Assembly (NCBI GenBank): GCA_030704615.1
Contig: CM060732.1
Location: 70,990,001-71,054,000, forward strand
DNA length: 64,000 nt
From: Takakia lepidozioides
Lineage: Eukaryota; Plantae; Bryophyta
Reading direction: 5' to 3'
Within the stretch, counting starts at the first letter, position 1; each line of letters begins with the position of its first letter. The notes beneath the pieces were generated by a model that was not told where the DNA came from, ran no database searches, and saw nothing but the letters and a program-made list of their open reading frames with translations. Below are positions 47,900-61,500 of the stretch, in pieces. A program made the translations under genes and the position numbers.

Positions 47900-50800
47900 C
47901 TAATCTTCATCATCCTCATCTATGTCTGGGTCACTACATGTATCACTGTCTTCATCACAGACTTCATCTTCTCCAAGGGTTGGCTGAACATCATCACCAC
48001 ATATACGGGGTGCTCGGAGGTACAAGGAGGCCACCTGCTCTGGAGTAACCGGTACCGCTCGGCTGCATGTTGGGCCATCAGTAACCACAGTCTCCTCTAG
48101 TCTTTGTGGGGCTAACAATCCTTCCACTTCCGCCACATCATCATTATCAATTGATATGTCGCAGACCACTCTACGTGCTCGGGGGCTCTTCTCCAGGACG
48201 ACTTTCCACCCCGGCTCCTTCACACAATCAGAAAAAAAACACTTGATCAACCTGGCCAGGAAACACAAAAGGTTGCTCAGAAGGTGGAAGCATACGGTTA
48301 AAATTGACAAGTGTGAAGCCAGCATCATCCTGCTTCATTGACATAGGTTGACGACCCACGCGACTCGCCCGTACCCACGAACACAAAAACACTATAGGCT
48401 GTGTTTGGCCATAGTCAATTTGCAAAATCTCCCTTATAAGACCCACATATCTTGTAGGTTCCTCCATGTCATTGCCTGAATTGTTGGTAATGGGCTGGTG
48501 CTGGAAAACAGATGAGACTCCACAATCAAAAGACACCATACTTGTTGTGTTCATGCCGGGGGATGTAACCCTGTAATGGTTACCATACGCTATCATACTC
48601 TTGAATGACAGGGCAGTAAATGATGGAGGCCTTGAAAGATCCAGTAATTCCTCACGTGTTGTAGGATCAAGCCCATCTGATTGAATTGAGAGATGATCCC
48701 GTACACCTTGAGGGAGCCAAACAGCAAATGGAGGACAAGATGCAAATCAGGAGGGTACTGAATTGCCGTGGGATTGCTCATGCCTTCCAGCCCTTGCTCC
48801 TCACGAAACAAGCGTCGTCTGGCTTCTATCCGTGTGGACTCTGCTTCATATATCCTGTCACAATCCGAGGGTCAGCCAGGAGATTGACAGAGGTGGCGTG
48901 GGAGATTTGAAAAGACGCCATATGCCAACTAATGATAAATGACTAAAACTTGGAAATCTGAATGTCAATGAAGTAGATTTCTTACCCCAACATGACTGAT
49001 AGACGAGGATGGTTCTGAATGATGTACTCATGTACAATATCACACAGGTCATTCAATTTTCGGGCTTTAGAACTTCCTTCCACAACTTCACGTTCCACAG
49101 ATTCTGCCTCATCTGCATCCCACACCCTTCGTACACTTCCATCAAATCCTGCCATATACTCTGTGCAAAAACCCAATGCTTCTTCAAATTGGTATCCTTC
49201 TGCCATGCTCCCCTCGGGCCTTGCCATGTTTCTTACGTAGCCCTTCATATCTTTCATTGCCCGCTCCATGGGGTACATCCAACGAGATGCTACGGGCCCG
49301 CATAAGTACAACTCATCCACTAGGTGAACAACCAGATGTGTCATCACATCAAAAAATGATGGTGGGAACTCCTTCTCTATAAGACACAGAGTGAGAACTG
49401 CTTCAGTTCTCAATTCCTCATACTCTACAGGATTCACCACTTTTGCACACAACTTCTTAAATACACGACATACTCGCAAAATGGCCCTTCGAGGACCACT
49501 TGGCATGAGCCCACGGATAGCAAGCGGTATAATTTGCTGCATGAGCACATGATAGTCATGTGATTTCATGCCTGACAACTTCTTCTTCACCACATGCTTT
49601 TTGAAAGCTGATGCGTAGCCTGTTGGCACTTTCAAGTTCTGCACAATCTCCAGAAAGACTTGTAACTCAGCCTCAGTGAGGACATAAGGGGCAGGAGGCA
49701 TAATTAACGTATCTGCTCTGTCAGGATCACGTTGTAGCCACAATTCCGGGCGCATCCCAAGTAGCTCCAAATCACGGCGAACTTTCAATGTGTCTTTCTC
49801 ACCAAAGATAGTTTTAATAATATTTTCAGCCAAGTTCTTCTCGCAATGCATTGCGTCAAACGTGTGGCGGATGAGGAGACCCTACAAAATGAACACATAA
49901 GCAATTGAGCATTTACTCATCACAATTTAAACAAAAACGCAAAAATGTACACAGCCAATTTAAAGGCCATGAAGGAATTACCTCCCAATAAGGTAAGACA
50001 TATAAAATTGACAATCGCTTAACTCCATGAGTTTTTGCTGGGTCTGTCCTGCTATCTGGCGTCCCTCCGTTTTCCACCCATGCAGTGCGAGCTGTTGCAA
50101 GGTCCTTGATTTGTGTTCCAGTCTGCGTTTTTGGAGGAGTTCCATGCTCAGTAGCGCCATTGAACATTCTTGACCTTCTATATGGATGATTGCGGGCCAA
50201 AAATCTTCGGTGGCCTAGAAAACAATTTTTCCACATGTGTGTAACTGCTGTGAAGTCACCCCGGGTCCACAAGCTGGACAACCAGCATAACCTTTCGTCA
50301 CTTGACCTGAGAGCAAGCCATATGCAGGGTAGTCATGGATTGACCACATCAACACTGCCCTCAGTGTGAATTCGCGTTGACCACGAGGACGGGAAACATC
50401 ATGAGCTGCAATCCCTCTCCATAGTTCCAATAGCTCTTCCACTAGGGGCATCAGGTAAACATCTACGTTGTCCGAGGTAACAGACTCCTTACCAGGAATC
50501 AGTAGCGCTAACATGACAAAGAACTTTTTGGTCATTAACCACGGAGGCAGATTGTAATTGACCAAGAGAACGGGCCATGTGCTCCAACTTGTGGATTGAG
50601 CTCCGTAGGGATTTACACCGTCTAAGGCCAATCCAAATCGCAGAGATCGTGGCTCTGCAGCAAAATCCGCAAATGTGGTGTCAATGTGTCTCCATGCTTT
50701 GCTATCAGCTGGATGTCGAACCAACCCATCCTGGCTCTTATGTCTGTCGTGCCATGTCATGAGGTTAGCGATCGATTTACATCGGTACATACGTTTCAAC

Positions 50801-52051
50801 CTTGGAATGACAGGGAAGTGTCGCAATACTTTCTTGGGCACACTTCCACGACCTGGAATGTAACGGGAACTGCGGCACACTGGGCAAATGTCTACATTCT
50901 CATACTCCCCACGGAAGAGTACACAACCACGCTCACAGGCATGAATCATCGTGTACTGCAATCCCATCTTGGCAATCATGGTTTTTGCTTCATAGTGAGT
51001 TTTCGGCAATGAATTCTCTTTAGGCAAAAAACTCTTACGCAACAATCCCAGAAGCTCATCCACAAATGCATTGGTGCACTTGTGGGTAGTGCATGCGTTC
51101 AGCAACGTCAAAGTTGCTTGCAGCCGGCTGATGGAGCACCCTTCAAAAAGTGGACATTGCGACGCTTGGAAGAGTTTATCATACTCGGGATCAACGTGCA
51201 GGTGAGCATTCTCATCAAATTCATTGTCTCCGGAATCGTCGAGATCATCGTCATGATCGGCAAATGTGTGATCGGTTCCACCATGAATGGGGTCCTCTCT
51301 GTTTGCATCTGCAAAGAGAAACGCTTCCTGCAATGCACGCTGCATTTCTACCTCCAATCCACCACTCTCATCTGCGTTCTCTGTGACATTGGGCTCCCGC
51401 TGTGCCGCAGGGCCTTCGTCTTCATCATCTGAATATTCACATCCCTGCATCCCAATAGTCATCTTGTGAGTGGACCAACAACGATGTGACACTTGTTCAT
51501 ATTATGACATAGGAGGCACGGTGACGTTGCAGTGATGCAGTCATATTTACGTATGTATCTTATGAATATACACCCAATCAAAACACGACATTTGTAACCA
51601 TTGAAGTCATAGTTGCAGTCACTTACTTAGTCATATATGACTACATGACTACACATGACCAATGAAAACACGACATGTGCATTAATTAAAGTGATAACGG
51701 AAGTGGCGTAGTCATACTCACGTCTGTATCTTATGACTTCTTGACTACAATCACCCAACGAAATGTCGACATGTGGAGAAGAGGATCGTTGCATTCAAAA
51801 TTCAAACTAAAGTGCTGAAGGGAAAGTGACGATCTTACCGGAAGAGAACAGCGTTGGAGAAGAGGATCCCTCCCGTGTATCATGTAATGATTCCTCAGTG
51901 TTTCCAACAAGAGTACTTTTCCTCCATGACACTCATCGCAGTTGCATAACATTTTTGTATGCCCATTCCTTGTGGCATAAGCTTCTTCCATTCGCCATAG
52001 ACGGTCATCTATTCTACGCCTACGCATCCGTTCGCCACCTGCACTGTACAT
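47900..52051 (-). CDS. CACTA TnpD/TNP2-like transposase (spliced; frameshift near 50220)
   Basis: CNCDEC..H associated domain, IHACERGCVLF..CPVC, LALDGVNPY, YNLPPW, DYPAYG, MHCEKN, KSHDYH, FFDVMTHL, WMYPMER, EQPFVFP.QV. GT-AG introns at ~51838-51444 and ~49982-49883. Confidence 0.92.
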
Positions 52052-52629
52052 GCTTTGAACGTCACCCCTTCCCTCTTTGCATGCTACGCACAGTGCATTG
52101 TCTCTAGTTTTGCACCAGCTGCCAATGTGCTATTTCTATATCTATAGTATACTATAAGTATCGTTTCTGAGTGTCCATGGTGAAGCGGAAGGTCTTCGAA
52201 GTGACAGTCCCTCTCACTGAGTACGAGAAGTTCCGAGAGCGCCGGATTGCTGCCATAAAGGAGGTGGAAGCAACGTTCAAGCAGTCGATAGATGGGTGAG
52301 TTTAGTTCCTGACTTTGGATACCCACCCACTAAACTTGCGATTTGCCTTATCCTCTAACCTTCCTACAACGATCATAAGCTTCATAGCACAAATGGGGGC
52401 GAGTAGCTGCGACTTGTACAAACAGAGAGGCAAACAACATGCAGTGAGTGACGATTAGGTTTGAGGAGGGTGTGTCATTAGGCGGGAGATGTCCGCCGTC
52501 ATTCGTGGGCAGGCATTACGTCCTGGTAGGGTGCGGCTGTGTTTCAGCGTAGGCTTAAGAGTATTAGGGTATGTATGCTTACATTTGTTTGTGATTGTTT
52601 GAGAGGGAGGTCATGGAGGTGTTTGTGCA

Positions 52630-55600
52630 GGCTTGCGGGAGCGAATCGCCCTCGCAAGCCACGCGCTCCGAAGGAAAAAGGTAGGGATCAAGGTCCTGCA
52701 AGGCAAAGTGCCAGACTGAAGACGATGAAGACTACGATTCTGCATGAGGGCTCTTCTGAGGACGATGAGGACGATCCACTCCTCCCACGCCAGTGCGAGG
52801 CGAGTGCGTCGTCGGCGGATGCCACGGCAAGCCGAGGAGAACATGCCCATGCTCATGTCGCAGGACAAAAACGCCCATCATCTACACTACGAACACCTTC
52901 TCCGTCTGTGAGTTATAGTTCTTCACAATGACCATGATTCTAATTATGTATGTTTTTGGTAAAATCACGAAGAGATAGGGTATGTCTGTCAAGACAGGGA
53001 AGTTGGACAATGCAGGGGTCAGCCAAGGCACAATCACAAATGATTTCCACTAGACAAGTTGAAGTGCCAAAGGCATGATGTCAGGCCAATGTAGACTTCA
53101 GGTGTGTTCAAATTCTTTGCCCCATGAAACCAACGTCCTGGTACTAAGCTACAATGGCTACTTATAGAGATACTTGGGTTACTTATGCACCCAGAATATC
53201 AGTAAAACTTGGAGGGATACTTCTCATGGACCCATCAGGTTTGTCCATTTGAATTCTTGCTATGGATTTCAGGAACACCCCATACCTAAGAGGGCTCAAA
53301 AATGTACTGGGAGGACATCATTGGGGCCAATCAAATTTGGGAGATTTACTGCCCAAGATCATACTGAGTTTTGGGTAATCTTGTCTTTACAAATGATATG
53401 TGCTTCCAGTTTGTTTTGCTTGAATTCAAGGATTTGCTGCTTGCTGCCTATATGTATGTGTAATCACCCACATTGTACTGGGGGAATTTCTTTTCAGGGC
53501 AAGCACAAGCGCACTGGATCCACGATCCCTGCTGCTAGCAATGGAGATGGCGCCCACAAGAACGCAGGAGGTGGCCCTAACTCTCCCAACGTTGTGGGTT
53601 CTGTGCCACCAGTACCCCCACCTTATTATGGTATGCCTCAGTACCCACAGTCTGGCACTCAGTATGGTCAGGGTCAATATGGTGCTCCTCCATATGGGCA
53701 GTATGGCCAGTATCCTCCTCCACCATATTTGCCACCCCCTAATAGCTATGGGGTGGCAGGCCACCGGAATATCCTCCTGCTTATGGACAGTATGGCCAGT
53801 ATGGTCCTCGGCCTTCTGGCCAACAACCATGGCCACCAGTCCCTACTTGGCAGGATCCTCTCCTGAGCGCACGGAGGTCTCTGAAGGAGGGGAGGGTGCC
53901 GTTTCAAAGAATGATAGAACCAATGCTTTAAGGAGGGCTAATAGCTCAGCCAAAATTGAAGCTGCCAAGGTCAAGGAAGAGAGAATAGCTGCAGGTCTTC
54001 CTCCCACGGTGATTTTGACGAACCTCAAAGGAGCCCCGTATGGTCAGACTCGGAATGTATGGCACGCTGCCCTTAAAGGACAGGCTTATCGCAAGCTAGA
54101 TTGTTCCCTTGCCATCAACAACCAACCTGATGAAGTTGTATACAAAATCAGAGATCACCTGGCTAAGCTATTTTCATATACGCCGCACGAGTTAAAAGAC
54201 TTCCACCTAAAACAAACAATTGGCAGAATAATGAAGAGCCAGCGTTTTGAAGCACACACTGCGTGGTTGGGTGGTAAGGGGAAACCCATTACTGTATCTG
54301 ACGAGGTATGGAACAAGCTTGTAAGTTACTGGCAGACAGAGGTGTTCCACAAAGTGTCGGGCAACATGAAGAAGGCAAATGGTGCAATTCTGAATCCTAC
54401 CAAGACTGGCCGTGGTGGGAAGGCAATGGTGGAAGCACGCTTGGTAAGTGGCATCATCACGACTCTGTATTTTGTTCCTCATTGAATTGCTATGTGTATA
54501 TAGTCAGCCCTCACATTGCTTACTGACTTGTGGCATGGGTTTGTTTGTGGCATGGATTAATTTGTAGGAAACACTATCAGGGTGCCCTCCTACATTATAT
54601 GAAATTCAAGAGGGTTCAGTGTCACGGTTGTCAGCTGGGAGTGACAGGCGGGTAAGTGTGTTTTCCACGTTTGCTAGAGTGGTTGCTGCATCATAGGTTG
54701 CTAGGGTTTTTTTCACGGCTTTTGGCTTGGGTTTTCTTTCCAATGGTTGTTCATGCTAGGTTTTTTTGGTTTGATTCATACTTGGGCAAGTTTTCATGGA
54801 TTGGCAGGAGGGAAGTCTTGCATATTCTACAGTAGTTGGCAGGATGGATGGCTTGGACAAACTGGTGGAATCACAAGGACGTGACATGGCAGAATTAAAA
54901 TTACAGATGCAGAGTATGATTGAGTACCAGAAAGCCATTGTGACCAGATGGATTAATCTACCAGGCGCAGGACCAGTGACATCTACGATGGATACGTCTG
55001 CTGTGACAGTATCAAAATGTTTGGAATCCCAATTTCAGACGGTAACTGGTGCTCACTCTAAGCCCTTATGTCTTCCTGTCACTGATGATCTTTTGAATTT
55101 GACCGAGCAGCAGCAGGATACAAGGAAGGCCAGCTGCGAGGTACACGTGGAAATTCAGCCTTTGCCACATACAAAGGCAGTAGCAGTCCAGGGGGCAATG
55201 GTGACAGAGCCGCCGGGCACACCGGATTCTGGTATGCAGGTATGTGGGAGTTTAGATGGGGAGGAAGATGCAGACGGGGACAAAACAAACAAACATGTTG
55301 CTTTAATTTCTCCTGCTCACATGTTGAAGCCAAATGTCAGTTTACTTCCTGGACCAACGAGGAAGCATTTACTAATTCTGGACTTAAATGGTCTGTTATG
55401 TGAATCTTTTCATTCTGCTAATGGGCCTGCATCCCTTCCAAAGGTTTTGTGGGGAAGATGTGTGGCAAGAAGATGGTAGTTTTGAGACCACGCTGTTATG
55501 ACTTTTTGCAAAAGTGTTTTGAACACTTTGAGGTGGCGGTGTGGTCTTGTTGCCAAGCTCGCAACTTCTTCCCAATGGTGGACTATATTTTTGCAGCCCA

Positions 55601-55985
55601 CACTAACCTGGTTTTCCAGTGGGATGCCCTTCGCTGTGACGAGGATCCAGTCCTCCCATGCCGTAAGGGGTCTGATTCAAAGCTATTATATTTCAAGAAC
55701 TTGTCTACAATGTGGGCAGACTGGCCAGAATGGACTTTTGAGGACACTGTTCTTGTTGACGACACACCAAGAAAGGCGGTAAACAATCCTCCCTTCAGTG
55801 GGATTTTTCCAGAGCCATGGAAGGTGCAACCGGATTCACCAACTGATGAGTATCTAACAGAGGTGTTGTGGCCATTATTGTGGAAGGCATCGAAAGCTGC
55901 CAGTATTCCCAAGTTTTTGGAGTCTCAGCCTGTTTTCGGACAACAACCATACAACACTGTTACTGTGAAGGTACAAACATTCTGA
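52630..55985 (+). CDS. TnpA/PTTA-like accessory gene with a C-terminal FCP1/NIF (HAD) phosphatase-like domain; frameshifted
   Basis: KPITVSDEVWNKLVSYW..S..MKK....PTKTGRGG (PTTA-like). LLILDLNGLL, LRPRCYDFL..CFEHFEVAVWS, KNL..W, TVLVDDTPRK..NPP (FCP1 homology). Exon boundaries are inferred. Confidence 0.7.
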
Positions 55986-56033
55986 CAGTGCTCCAGAGGC
56001 TACATTTTTGTGGGTTCATTCATTGCATTGCTC

Positions 56034-57138
56034 CTATGTGGCCAATTTTCAGATGACAAGTGCAATGACATAGCAGCTCAAACAGTGTGCGTTGACGCAC
56101 ACTGTTTGAGCTGCCATGTAAGTGATGATTGAACCTCCGAGACATGCCCTATGTGGCCCATTCTCAAATGAAAAAGGCAATAATAAGGGCAGCTCAAACA
56201 GTGTGCGCCAGGATACTGCCAACGCACACTGTTTGAGCTGCCAGGATAGTGATGATTCAACCTCAAATTCAAACCCTATGTGGCCAATTTGCAGATGACA
56301 AGTGCAATGACATGGCAGCTCAAACAGTGTGCGTTGACGCACACTGTTTGAGCTGCCATGTAAGTGATGATTGAACCTCCGAGACATGCCCTGTATTGCC
56401 GAATTTCACAGGGGAAAAACAAACACAAGGTGTGCTCAAACAGTGTGCGGCAACGCACACTGTTTGAGCTGCCAGATAAGTGTTCATCGGTCCTCAGAGA
56501 CATGCCCTATGTGGCCCATTCTCAAATGAAAAAGGCAATGATAAGGGCAGCTCAAACAGTGTGCGCCAACGCACACTGTTTGAGCTGCCAGGATAGTGAT
56601 GATTCAACCTCAAATTCAAACCCTATGTGGCCAATTTGCAGATGACAAGTGCAATGACATGGCAGCTCAAACAGTATGCGTTGACGCACACTGTTTGAGC
56701 TGCCATGTAAGTGATGATTGAACCTCCGAGACATGCCCTGTATTGCCGAATTTCACAGGGGAAAAACAAAGACAATGTGTGCTCAAACAGTGTGCGGCAA
56801 CGCACACTGTTTGAGCTGCCAGATAAGTGTTCATCGGTCCTCAGAGACATGCCCTATGTGGCCCATTCTCAAATGAGAAAGGCAATGATAAGGGCAACTC
56901 AAACAGTGTGCGCCAACGCACACTGTTTGAGCTGCCAGGATAGTGATGATTCAACCTCAAATTCAAACCCTATGTGGCCAATTTGCAGATGACAAGTGCA
57001 ATGACATGGCAGCTCAAATAGTGTGCGTTGACGCACACTGTTTGAGCTGCCGTGTAAGTGATGATTGAACCTCCGAGACATTCCCTGTATTGCCAAATTT
57101 CACAGGGGGAAAACAAAGACAAGGTGTGCTCAAAGAGT
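56034..57138. repeat. Left palindrome array: ~116-bp monomers in a 347-bp trimeric higher-order repeat
   Basis: Nine full copies plus one partial of CAGCTCAAACAGTGTGCG-N4-CGCACACTGTTTGAGCTG. Confidence 0.96.
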
Positions 57139-57376
57139 GCCCAATTTGGCCGCTTTGGCTACACTTTTTGAGCTTCTTGTTCGCGGTTGATGCAACCTGC
57201 ATAGATGCCGTGTGCAGTCTATGTTCATATCGACATAGAATCTCAACTTGGGTTCACATCAGCAATGAAGCACAAAGATGGGTTCCAAAGATTGAACCTT
57301 TTTTTTGGCTGCTCCAGAAGACTCCCCAATCGCCGGGGACCCTTTGCGCTTCGGACTGCTCTCCACGTCTCGTGTT

Positions 57377-57694
57377 CTAGAGCATCTCCCCCATCCTCTC
57401 TTCCACTATTAGGTTCTTCGTGAGGCCAGCGTCAACATCATCTTCGGCGTCTGCCTCTCCCTCGGATGCAGTGTCCTCCTCATCTGTTCTTGGAACTATG
57501 GCAGGCTGCTGGTCTTCCCCGGATTCCTGCTCTTCCATCGCCGAACTTGTCTCTTTGCCCTCTTCTTCCGCCTTTTCCTCTTCGGCCACTCTTTCCATCC
57601 TCATTCTATATCTGGCTCTATTCCTGTTTCTAGAGCTCGTGAAGTACAATGATTTCCTTCTCTTCCTCCTCCGCTGGAAACAAGGGCTCCCCAC
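57377..57694 (-). CDS. Short basic/acidic low-complexity ORF, possible exon of an accessory gene
   Basis: RRRKRRK followed by an E/D-rich tract; no recognisable domain. Confidence 0.3.
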   Translation of the reverse strand: MGSPCFQRRRKRRKSLYFTSSRNRNRARYRMRMERVAEEEKAEEEGKETSSAMEEQESGEDQQPAIVPRTDEEDTASEGEADAEDDVDAGLTKNLIVEERMGEML

Positions 57695-58568
57695 GATGCC
57701 TCTAGAGCTCTCCAGTTTGACGTTTGCAACAAGGGTTGCTATTGCATGTAACCAAAATCAAAATAGGACATTGTCAACCGTATTTGGATGCCGGTGTTGT
57801 TATTGTGTGCGAACGGAATTCATCCATTTCGGCGTCTTTGTATTATTCAAGAAATAAAGTGCCAGAAAATATGTGCATACGTTGCATGTACTTGTGATAT
57901 ATGTCAGATGTACTTCGCCGCCTGCCAATATATGGCGGCCTTCTGGAATGGTTTCAAATTCGGAAGTGCCGCAGAAATCTAATGCTAGTTCAATTTGGAG
58001 CAGTTCTTGCAGATTCCCCATAAATGTTGTGCTTCACATATGCATCCACGTGTTTCGTACTGCCTGCCCTGTGCTTTGCATTTTGCCGTCATCGTCGCCA
58101 TGGGGTCATTCGGTATAAAGGGTTGTGTCGGAAATGATCTTGTGTTGCACACATCCGTGCGAGGTGACTCTTGGAGTGTCAGTGTTTGTGCTGTGCTCTT
58201 CTGGCACGACACGACCTCATTACATTCGGGGTCTTCCTGTTTACTGCTCTCCAGGGTTGTTGCCGTCTTTCCATAAAGGATGGTTTCATGTCATGTTCAG
58301 GGTTTGTTTTTCATCCAAAAACAGCACGGCTTCTTGTGGCCTTCTTTATTTGAAAACAGTTTTTCTAGTTAGTGTCTCTCAGCGTGGTTATCTCCGAAGT
58401 TCAGTGCATGTCATTCTTGCATCCTTCTGATGCATCGACCGCAGCCTTTGGGTTACTGCTACCCTTGTTGACCTCAATTTTTTTGTGCTGGATCCCCTTT
58501 CCAGAATTGCGGGCTATCAAATCGGGGATTCCGTTGTGAATCGAAAGTTTTGGTCAGCGTAGGAAAAC

Positions 58569-61500
58569 ATGTCCAAGGACAGAGATAGACTAGCACGATT
58601 TCATTCCAATGCAGGTAGTCTTCCACTGACTGCCACTGCAGACGACGATGGGTTTGCAGTTGTTCATGAGGATGAGCTGGTTACAGTGTTCCCACTGGAA
58701 TTGGGTTCTCTGCTTGTTCAAAAGGAGGTGTATGACGAGGATGGGAATTTGGATTCTGGACATTTGGAGAAACCATTGGTTGGCGAGTGTGGAAGGAAGT
58801 GGAGAGTCCTTCCAGGCACATACCGTGTCCTTGGAAAAGAGAGAAGACAATCAGCAGGATCAGTCATTACCCCTGGAACTGCAGCATCGGTCGTGCAGCA
58901 GAAGGGCACAGTTCATGTGAAAAAAGAGGTGAGCACATCCACTACATTCGTGACTCTTTCAGACACGTCCTCGGAGGATGTTTCTGAGATTCCTCCGCCA
59001 GTGCCGACTTCATTCTTGGATGAATCCGAATTGCAAGAGATAACGAGTGTCATTCTAAAATTGAAAGCCCTCGCAGGGGTGCCTGGGTGCAAGAGTGAGC
59101 TGCGTTTTGTTGATTGGGAGTCCCTTCGTGTGCAGCGGGTTCAATACGTGCCAGCAGAGTTTGATGGGGACATCTTGTTTGAGCTCAACCCTCCCACGTC
59201 TTCCAATGGACTGGCTGGGCTTCTGCAGGGCATGGACAAGAAACATGACGGACACCCTTGGTGCAGGACAAAAACGTCAAACATCCACAACGACATTGGA
59301 TTGAAATTTTGAAGGTCGGTTTGCGTTGGGCATTGCAAGTGCCTGAATATATCTTGCCCTCGCCTGAGAAACAACGCTCAACCAAACGAGAGTGAGTGGG
59401 AAGGTGTGCCCTTGAATCCTTTCACCCCAGGACTTGCCCCTCCCAAGACCAATACTTTTGTGTACAGGTTCTGCAAACTTTCCCCGTCCTGTGTTTCTGT
59501 GTGCCACGCTCGTATGTACCAGGTGGCACACCGGTGCAAAACAATGACTCGTGCCTGCATTCATATGGGTGCACACGAGCATCCTGTGTCCAAAGGAAGT
59601 TGCAGGGATAGCGTGGACATTGCTAGAAATCTGCTGAAGCAGGAGTTCCACAATGCCCCTTCTGCAACACCTTCTGCTATAGCGCTTACAGCTAGCAAGG
59701 CTTTCCTGGAAAAACACATATTGGGTGAAGGGGATTCGACACAGTCAATGCTGGATGCAGATTCGCTTGATGCAGTGATGGACCATTTCTCCGTGTTGAG
59801 CTCTCCCAATATTCGAAACCAGGTGAATGCACTCAGAGTCGGCACAGGCAATGCTGGATTCATGGACAACATTATGGACCTCAAACGGAGAAGTCGCTAT
59901 GAATTCATTCAAAACAGTATCTTCCCTGGCCAGGGCTCATCCAAGGTTTATTTGTTCAAGATGTCCGCAGTGGGCGAAGGCAGTGGTGTTAGCATTGTCC
60001 GCCGAATGCAACCTGAAGGAGATTTGGCTAAATGTTGGTTGATGTTTGATCACTGCAAACGGGTGAAGGGTTGGACAACCATGGCGTGCCATGTGTATGA
60101 TCCAGCGTACCAACGTGTGCTCTCAATAGCAATTTGTGATATGCAGTCGGAGGACACTGAATCCCAGATGCTCATGTGGAATTCGCTCCTGGCCGTCATG
60201 CAGCGCAACGGAATACAGAAGACAAATTTTGCGGGCTTCATGGCTGATAGTGCACAGGCAAATTTCAATGCAATGCGGCGCGTGTTTGGTTCAGGGGATC
60301 CTAAGGTCCCAATGGAAAATAGGGAGCGCACATGCCTCTTCCATTGGAGTCAATCTCTGGCAAGTCATACAAAGCGCTGCATTCGCCCTGACCTTCAGTT
60401 GGAGCACAGAAGGCTCTGTCTCAAGTACAAAAATGCCAAATCAATGGGAGAAGCTGAGAGCACTTACCAAGCAATCCGGGCTTGGTGGTTCTCCTTTGGT
60501 GCTGCTACTGGTATCCACCTGAAGGAGTTGGAGGACTGGTTGGTTTTCTGGCACTTCAGATATAGACAGTGGGGAGCTTTCATGACGACGGTAAGCCTCT
60601 CGAATCCCAAAATCAGAAATTTTGCAACATGCCTCTTCATTTGGGGTTCTGGATTGTCGCTTGAAGAACCTTTTCCATTTCCTTTCCTTCCTCACATTTC
60701 CATGCAATGCCTCGTGCAGGAAATGTCCTTGGAGGACTTGGCCGACATGCCATCCTGTAATTTGGCGGAGACTGTTCATAACGCCTGGATGCAGCAATCT
60801 ACCAAAGCAGGTCGTGACTTGTATGTGGCCACTGCTGATGACATGGTGCGGGCACTAACACAACAAACCAGGTACCGCAATTTTCTGATGGGACGGGGTG
60901 GAGGCAAGGGCCCCGGTTCGACTTTGTTGATGCTAAGGGCTGCGAGTAGGTCTGGAGACCCATCCAAGATGGCCAGAGCTCTGAACAGGTGCACTGAAGG
61001 CTCCCCATTGCAATCCAGGCTCCCTCATTTGGAAGGCGAGGAAAGATTTGGATCATGCAAAAGGAAATTGAACACTCTTCCAGGTTCAGATGGAGATTCC
61101 CATCGCCCAAACAGGGTCAATTTCTCTGTGCCAAAGGTGTCTCCAGTGCAGACTAAGTCCTGTGCCGGCCCCTTCCCAGGTGGGTCCTCCTCCTGTGGAA
61201 CAGGTGCAGAACATGCAAGCACAGCAGCAGGAATCCCATTGGAGGAGGTGGTGGCCATGGTGCAGGAATCTGATTGCATTGATAGTGAGTGGCATATAGA
61301 ACGCACCCCACCAGGATCTAGAGTTGCTTGCATGGCAATTCGGACCCCCTCTTTCAAGAAATGCAAATCAAAAATATGCAAAGGCTCCAGGGGGACTCCA
61401 GCTCCAACATTCACAGGGTTGTTCCGACCTTATCATAGTGGGGAGTCAAAGGACCACAAGTTCTGGTTCTGCCCAGACGATATGGCACGATGCGTCAAGG

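Larger units (their letters stand above)
45265..55990. mobile_element. CACTA (En/Spm) transposon, left part; right TIR not found in the window
   Basis: TIR CACTACAAGAGATGAG at 45265, subterminal GACTAC repeats at 45290-45575, and divergent TnpD-like and TnpA-like genes. It may extend past 64000. Confidence 0.88.
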
